DNA of 64,000 nt from Candidatus Uhrbacteria bacterium. GTDB taxonomy: Bacteria > Patescibacteriota > Patescibacteriia > UBA9934 > GWF2-40-263. How positions within the stretch are numbered: the first letter of the stretch is position 1; every line of letters starts with the position of its first letter. Where the stretch lies: NCBI GenBank assembly GCA_016844925.1, contig JAERTI010000043.1, positions 133,110 through 197,109 on the forward strand, read 5' to 3'. The translations under genes and the position numbers were made by a program. Below the pieces are notes generated by a model. The model was not told where the DNA came from, did no database searches, and worked only from the letters and a program-made list of their open reading frames with translations. Below are positions 59,413 to 64,000 of this stretch, one piece after another.

Positions 59413-60096
59413 ATGACCCATCCACACCAATCGATGCTTGATGAGCTTTCTTACGCGATTAAGCATTTTGTCCCCACACTCCCAGAGGAAGTGGTGACTC
59501 AAGCCAAAGCAAAACTCGAAGAGCTTTCTGCAAATGAGGAGGCGAATGAAGAGGTGATCAAGAATGCGTTTCATGACATTGGTTTGCAGGAGTATCCACA
59601 CCGGCATGCCTATGAGGAACTTACGAGCACGAGTGCTGAGCAGAAGTTGAAGGAGATGGTGCTTGAGCATGTTGATGAAGATGTTCGTTCGGTGATCAAG
59701 CCGCACTTGGACGCAGGTGTTTCATTGCCTGAGCTGGTGAGTAGTAAGCTGTTTGCCGAGCAGCTCGACGGAAAGCAGCGTTATCAAGTTGAGGATGGCA
59801 TTCTTGTTGCCAAGGACAAACTCGCTGAGTCTCTAAAGGATGACTTGGGGGGCAATGGTGCAGATTACAAAGCGTTGCTTGAGAAATGGACTAAACATGC
59901 TCAAGACATCCAGACACAGATCGATAAGTTGGAGGCTCTGTCGCCAGGTGGAACCCCTGAGCAAGGGGAGGAGATTTCTGGAAAGGTCCGTCGATTCCGA
60001 GAAGGCTTCCTTCTCACGGAGCGCGATCCACAGCTTGAAGAAGTAAAAAAGGAGGTAGAATATTGGACAGATACGTTCGCAGAGGAAGAGGAATAA
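59413..60096 (+). CDS. Hypothetical helical protein
   Basis: ORF with TATG start 8 nt behind TACCAT. Confidence 0.75.
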   Translation: MTHPHQSMLDELSYAIKHFVPTLPEEVVTQAKAKLEELSANEEANEEVIKNAFHDIGLQEYPHRHAYEELTSTSAEQKLKEMVLEHVDEDVRSVIKPHLDAGVSLPELVSSKLFAEQLDGKQRYQVEDGILVAKDKLAESLKDDLGGNGADYKALLEKWTKHAQDIQTQIDKLEALSPGGTPEQGEEISGKVRRFREGFLLTERDPQLEEVKKEVEYWTDTFAEEEE

Positions 60097-60173
60097 AGAT
60101 GTGTAAAAATATCCCCCTCAGCAGGGGATATTTTGATTGAACTTCTCTATCTGTCGTGCTACTATCTTGCCGT

Positions 60174-60809
60174 ATGCAAATATTGTGGCACGGACTTTCT
60201 TCCTTTGAAATCAAGGCAAAAACCCCAAACGGTGACATTACGATTGTCACAGACCCTTATCAAAACACCACGGGCCTTCGGTTCCCCCGAACCCTCTCGG
60301 CCGAACTCCTTCTTCGCACTCACGATGCGGACGATGCCAATAATGTAGGCGCCATTACAGGTGAGCCCTACCTCATTGACCTCGCCGGCGAGTTTGAGGT
60401 GAAGAATATTTTTGTTTTCGGCGTGAGTGCCCCACTAAAGAGCAAAGAGCAGAACCTTATATTCGTGATCGAGGCTGAAGGGATGCGTATTGCTCACCTC
60501 GGCGCGCTTGATCGTGCGCTCACAGACGAAGAGCTTCAGCGCATGAATAACGTTGATATTTTGATGGTTCCCGTCGGTGGCGGGCGAGTGATGGATGCGA
60601 AGGTGGCTTCTGAAGTGATTTCACAGGTCGAGCCACGCGTGGTGATTCCAATGACACATGGCCTTCCAACAATGAAAGAGAAGCTCGCATCTGTTGATGA
60701 CTTCTGTAAGTCTCTCGGCGCCTGCCGACGTGAAGATTTGGGTAAGTACAAGGTGAAACGAAAAGACTTGCCGGAAGAAGATATGCTGATTGTTACGTTG
60801 AATAAGTAG
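60174..60809 (+). CDS. MBL-fold protein with degenerate metal site
   Basis: WHGLSSF, VTDPY, GEFEV, HLG, DILMVPVGG, VIPM; HxHxDH replaced by HDADDA. Confidence 0.85.
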   Translation: MQILWHGLSSFEIKAKTPNGDITIVTDPYQNTTGLRFPRTLSAELLLRTHDADDANNVGAITGEPYLIDLAGEFEVKNIFVFGVSAPLKSKEQNLIFVIEAEGMRIAHLGALDRALTDEELQRMNNVDILMVPVGGGRVMDAKVASEVISQVEPRVVIPMTHGLPTMKEKLASVDDFCKSLGACRREDLGKYKVKRKDLPEEDMLIVTLNK

Positions 60810-60811
60810 CT

Positions 60812-61150
60812 ATGCCTAAGGGGCACGTGCATCTCAATCCACTGTCACCGCAGCAGAAACGATTGCTCTGGATCAGTGTGAGCATTTCCGTGATCCTTAT
60901 CGCGGCGGCTTGGATCCTGGTGACGCGAGCATCTGTTCTCCATACGTTTAATCAGGTCCGTTACCAGTTTGGCGATTCCATTGAACAAGCAGCAGACCAT
61001 CTCGAGACGGTCGAGGGGGCTGCTGTCGAGGCCACTGGCGCGGTAGATGAAGAAGTGCGTACGTTTTCTGAGGCCCTTGAAGAGGCAACGGCGGCGTACG
61101 AAGAGATTAAAGAACAGCAGCAACAAGAGAAACAACAAGAGAATTTATAG
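60812..61150 (+). CDS. Small single-TM protein
   Basis: One TM plus acidic helix; tightly packed between neighbours. Confidence 0.7.
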   Translation: MPKGHVHLNPLSPQQKRLLWISVSISVILIAAAWILVTRASVLHTFNQVRYQFGDSIEQAADHLETVEGAAVEATGAVDEEVRTFSEALEEATAAYEEIKEQQQQEKQQENL

Positions 61151-61152
61151 GT

Positions 61153-63654
61153 ATGCCAAGCAAGAAAACACCAAAGGAAACACCTGAGACTCCAGAGCCA
61201 GTTGAGCTGACGCGGAATGTTGTTCCACAGTCTCTTGTGGAGGAGATGCAAACGTCGTACTTGGATTACGCCATGAGTGTGATCGTTGGGCGTGCTCTTC
61301 CAGATATTCGAGACGGGCTCAAACCAGTGCACCGACGTATTTTGTACTCCATGTGGCAGACAGGGCTCCGCTCAAGTGCCAAGTTCAAGAAGTGTGCGGC
61401 TGTAGTCGGAGACGTGCTTGGTAAGTATCACCCGCACGGTGATAGTGCGGTGTACGATTCTCTTGTGCGTATGGCGCAGGACTTTTCGATGCGTTACCCG
61501 TTGGTGCGTGGACAGGGAAACTTTGGTTCACTTGATGGTGACGGAGCGGCTGCGTATCGATATACAGAGGCCAAGCTTCAGCGTGTGTCTGAGGAGCTTC
61601 TTGTTGATATCGAGAAAGACACCGTGGACTTCATGCCGAACTTTGACGGCACGCACAAGGAGCCAAAGGTGCTCCCAGCAAAACTTCCGAACTTGTTGAT
61701 CAACGGAACGCTCGGTATTGCTGTGGGTATGGCGTCTAACATTCCGCCGCACAACCTCACAGAGGTGTGTGATGCGGCATTGCATTTGATTAAAGACAAG
61801 AACGCGACCATTGATGACTTGGCTCAGATCGTAAAAGGTCCTGATTTCCCAACAGGGGCAATTGCTTACAGTGTTGCTGACATGAAGCAGGCCTTTGCTA
61901 CGGGTAAGGGGGGTGTTGTCGTGCGAGCAAAAACGGAGATTGTGGAAGGGAAGAAGGGCAGCTTCAGAATTATCGTGAGCGAAATCCCTTATCAGGTGAA
62001 CAAGTCCACGCTCTTGCAGCGTATTGCCCAGAATGTTCGTGATAAGAAAATCGAAGGAATTCGAGATCTGCGTGACGAGTCCTCTAATAAGGATGGCGTA
62101 CGTATCGTGATTGATTTGAAAAAAGACGCTTACCCGCGGAAGGTTCTTAACCGTCTGTACCAAACCACACAGCTTCAGGAGACCATGCATTACAACATGC
62201 TGGCACTTGTTGATGGTGGTAGGCAGCCGCGTGTCTTGAACTTGAAGATGATTCTGGAGGAGTACATTAAGCACCGTCAGGAGGTGGTGAAGCGACGCAC
62301 AGAGTATGACTTGAATAAGGCCAAGGATCGCGCACACATTCTTGAGGGGTTGCGGATTGCTATTTTGAAGATTGATGCGGTCATCAAGGAAATTAAGAAG
62401 TCCAAAGATAAAGATGCTGCGCGAGAGAACTTGATGAAGAAATTTAAGCTCTCTGAAAGGCAGGCTTCCGCTATTTTGGAGATGCGCCTGCAGCAGCTGG
62501 CGAACCTTGAGACATTGAAGGTGGAGCAGGAGTACAAAGACAAGCTTGCCATCATCAAGGAACTTGAGTCGATTCTCAAGTCACAGAAGAAGATGCTGAC
62601 CGTGATTGCTGGTGAGATTACCGAGTTGCGTGACAAGTACGGTGAGGATCGCCGTACAGAGATCATCAAGCATGGCGTGAAGGAGTTCTCTATTGAAGAC
62701 GTTGTGCCAGATAGTCCAACGGTGGTGATGATCACACGTGCTGGATACATTAAGCGTATTGCTCCTGATACCTTCAAGACGCAGAAGCGTGGTGGAAAGG
62801 GTGTCTCTGGCCTCACGACAAAGGAAGATGATGTGGTGGAACAGGTATTCAGCACGACAACTCACAAGGACCTGATGTTCTTCACAACCCGTGGACGTGT
62901 CTTCCGATTGAAGGCCTACGACGTTCCTGAGGCTTCTCGAACGGCTAAGGGACAGGCGATTGTGAACTTCTTGCAATTGGCTCCAGGTGAACAGGTGTCT
63001 GCCACATTCTCCCTCGACCAGATGGAAGACATGAAGTACTTGCTCATGGCGACCACCAAGGGAACCACGAAGAAGGTGAAGCTCGATCAGTTTGAAAACA
63101 TTCGACGCTCTGGACTCATTGCGATTAAGTTGAAGGACGGAGAGAACCTCATGTGGGTTCGCCCAACGTCTGGAAAGGATGAAGTGATGCTTGTCAGTAA
63201 GCTGGGGCAGGGGATTCGATTTAGCGAGGAAGATATTCGACCAATGGGACGTACGGCTGCCGGTGTCCGTGGCATGAAGCTCAAGGCCAATGATGAGATT
63301 GTGGGCATGGGGGTTCTCCGCGCATCAAACAAGAAGACCAAAGAAGACAAGCAGCTCTTGGTGGTTATGAAAAATGGCTACGGAAAGCGATCTGCTGTGA
63401 AGGAGTACAAACTCCAGCGTCGTGGTGGATCAGGAGTAAAGACGGCGAACATCACCAAGAAGACCGGACAGATTGTTTCAGCACGTATTGTGGCTGAAGA
63501 TGACGCACGAGACCTGTTTGTGATCACTGAGGCAGGGCAGGTGCTCCGCTCACCATTGAAGTCTGTTTCTGTGCTTGGCCGTGCTACGCAAGGAGTCCGC
63601 ATTATGCGCTTTAAAAAGAGCGAGGATACCGTGGCGAGCGTTGCGCTTATCTAG
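61153..63654 (+). CDS. gyrA: DNA gyrase subunit A
   Basis: [32 protein letters not shown], GyrA box QKRGGKG. Confidence 0.98.
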   Translation: MPSKKTPKETPETPEPVELTRNVVPQSLVEEMQTSYLDYAMSVIVGRALPDIRDGLKPVHRRILYSMWQTGLRSSAKFKKCAAVVGDVLGKYHPHGDSAVYDSLVRMAQDFSMRYPLVRGQGNFGSLDGDGAAAYRYTEAKLQRVSEELLVDIEKDTVDFMPNFDGTHKEPKVLPAKLPNLLINGTLGIAVGMASNIPPHNLTEVCDAALHLIKDKNATIDDLAQIVKGPDFPTGAIAYSVADMKQAFATGKGGVVVRAKTEIVEGKKGSFRIIVSEIPYQVNKSTLLQRIAQNVRDKKIEGIRDLRDESSNKDGVRIVIDLKKDAYPRKVLNRLYQTTQLQETMHYNMLALVDGGRQPRVLNLKMILEEYIKHRQEVVKRRTEYDLNKAKDRAHILEGLRIAILKIDAVIKEIKKSKDKDAARENLMKKFKLSERQASAILEMRLQQLANLETLKVEQEYKDKLAIIKELESILKSQKKMLTVIAGEITELRDKYGEDRRTEIIKHGVKEFSIEDVVPDSPTVVMITRAGYIKRIAPDTFKTQKRGGKGVSGLTTKEDDVVEQVFSTTTHKDLMFFTTRGRVFRLKAYDVPEASRTAKGQAIVNFLQLAPGEQVSATFSLDQMEDMKYLLMATTKGTTKKVKLDQFENIRRSGLIAIKLKDGENLMWVRPTSGKDEVMLVSKLGQGIRFSEEDIRPMGRTAAGVRGMKLKANDEIVGMGVLRASNKKTKEDKQLLVVMKNGYGKRSAVKEYKLQRRGGSGVKTANITKKTGQIVSARIVAEDDARDLFVITEAGQVLRSPLKSVSVLGRATQGVRIMRFKKSEDTVASVALI

Positions 63655-63708
63655 GATTGACAGTCTTGAGCGCTCCTGTTAGAGTTCCCGCGCTAGAAAA
63701 CAACCATT

Positions 63709-64000
63709 ATGTCTGTACCAAAGTCACGAAAAAGCCGTTCGGCCGTGCGCCGACGCCGCTCACACCATCACATGACCGCCATGAATATTGGCACTTGTGA
63801 GAAGTGTAAGGCGGATGTGCTGAGCCATCAGGCCTGCACCGAGTGTGGATTCTACAAAGGTCGTCAGGCCGTAGATCATACACGAGACGCACAGCGAGCC
63901 ATTGCAAAGCAGCAGAATGACCATGCGCATCATGAGCATGAGAAGCCTGCAGCTGAGGCTCCAGCCGACAAAAAAGAAGATTCAAAGGAACAAAAGGCAG
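63709..64000 (+). CDS. rpmF: 50S ribosomal protein L32 with C-terminal extension (runs off window; not in ORF track)
   Basis: MSVPKSRKSRSAVRRRRSH..CEKC....SHQACTECGFYKGR; TTGACA-17-TAGAGT upstream. Confidence 0.92.
   Translation, partial: MSVPKSRKSRSAVRRRRSHHHMTAMNIGTCEKCKADVLSHQACTECGFYKGRQAVDHTRDAQRAIAKQQNDHAHHEHEKPAAEAPADKKEDSKEQKA

Noticed and set aside
1-64000. Prophage, IS element or alternative genetic code
   Set aside because: No phage structural genes, transposases or integrases recognised; TGA, TAA and TAG all end genes with intact C-termini.

Overview
Chromosomal segment of what is most likely a Patescibacteria/CPR bacterium (Parcubacteria-like). This is inferred from the short SMC, VanW, TrmB-like regulator, lycopene-cyclase-like membrane protein, GPGGC Cys-repeat protein, PilB-type ATPase and short S1. 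Core genes are smc, DHH phosphoesterase, clpP, ribE/ribH, recQ, zur-znuACB, tRNA-Glu, tsaD/tsaE, pilB-like, ftsH, rpsA, gyrA and rpmF. Interleaved with them are about 25 visibly more GC-rich accessory genes. The two sets use different translation-start signals: core genes start at T-ATG, usually with no Shine-Dalgarno (SD) and often directly behind a -10 box, while accessory genes carry GGAG(G) SD sites and often their own TTGAC-type promoter and a YACG-loop terminator. Highlights: (i) this two-class expression architecture; (ii) an ORF-less ~340-nt multi-hairpin RNA with its own promoter and terminator that displays CCUCC (anti-SD-like) and CCAUC motifs, plus a second ~195-nt candidate; (iii) a PP2C-kinase-nicotinamidase-vWA operon (TerY-P-like triad plus an NAD-salvage enzyme) with structured intergenic elements; (iv) a 65-nt covarying repeat between paralogous membrane-protein genes; (v) a decayed islet at tRNA-Glu. 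All calls come from manual motif and base-pair reading. No searches or folding programs were run, and several start codons were re-chosen by eye.
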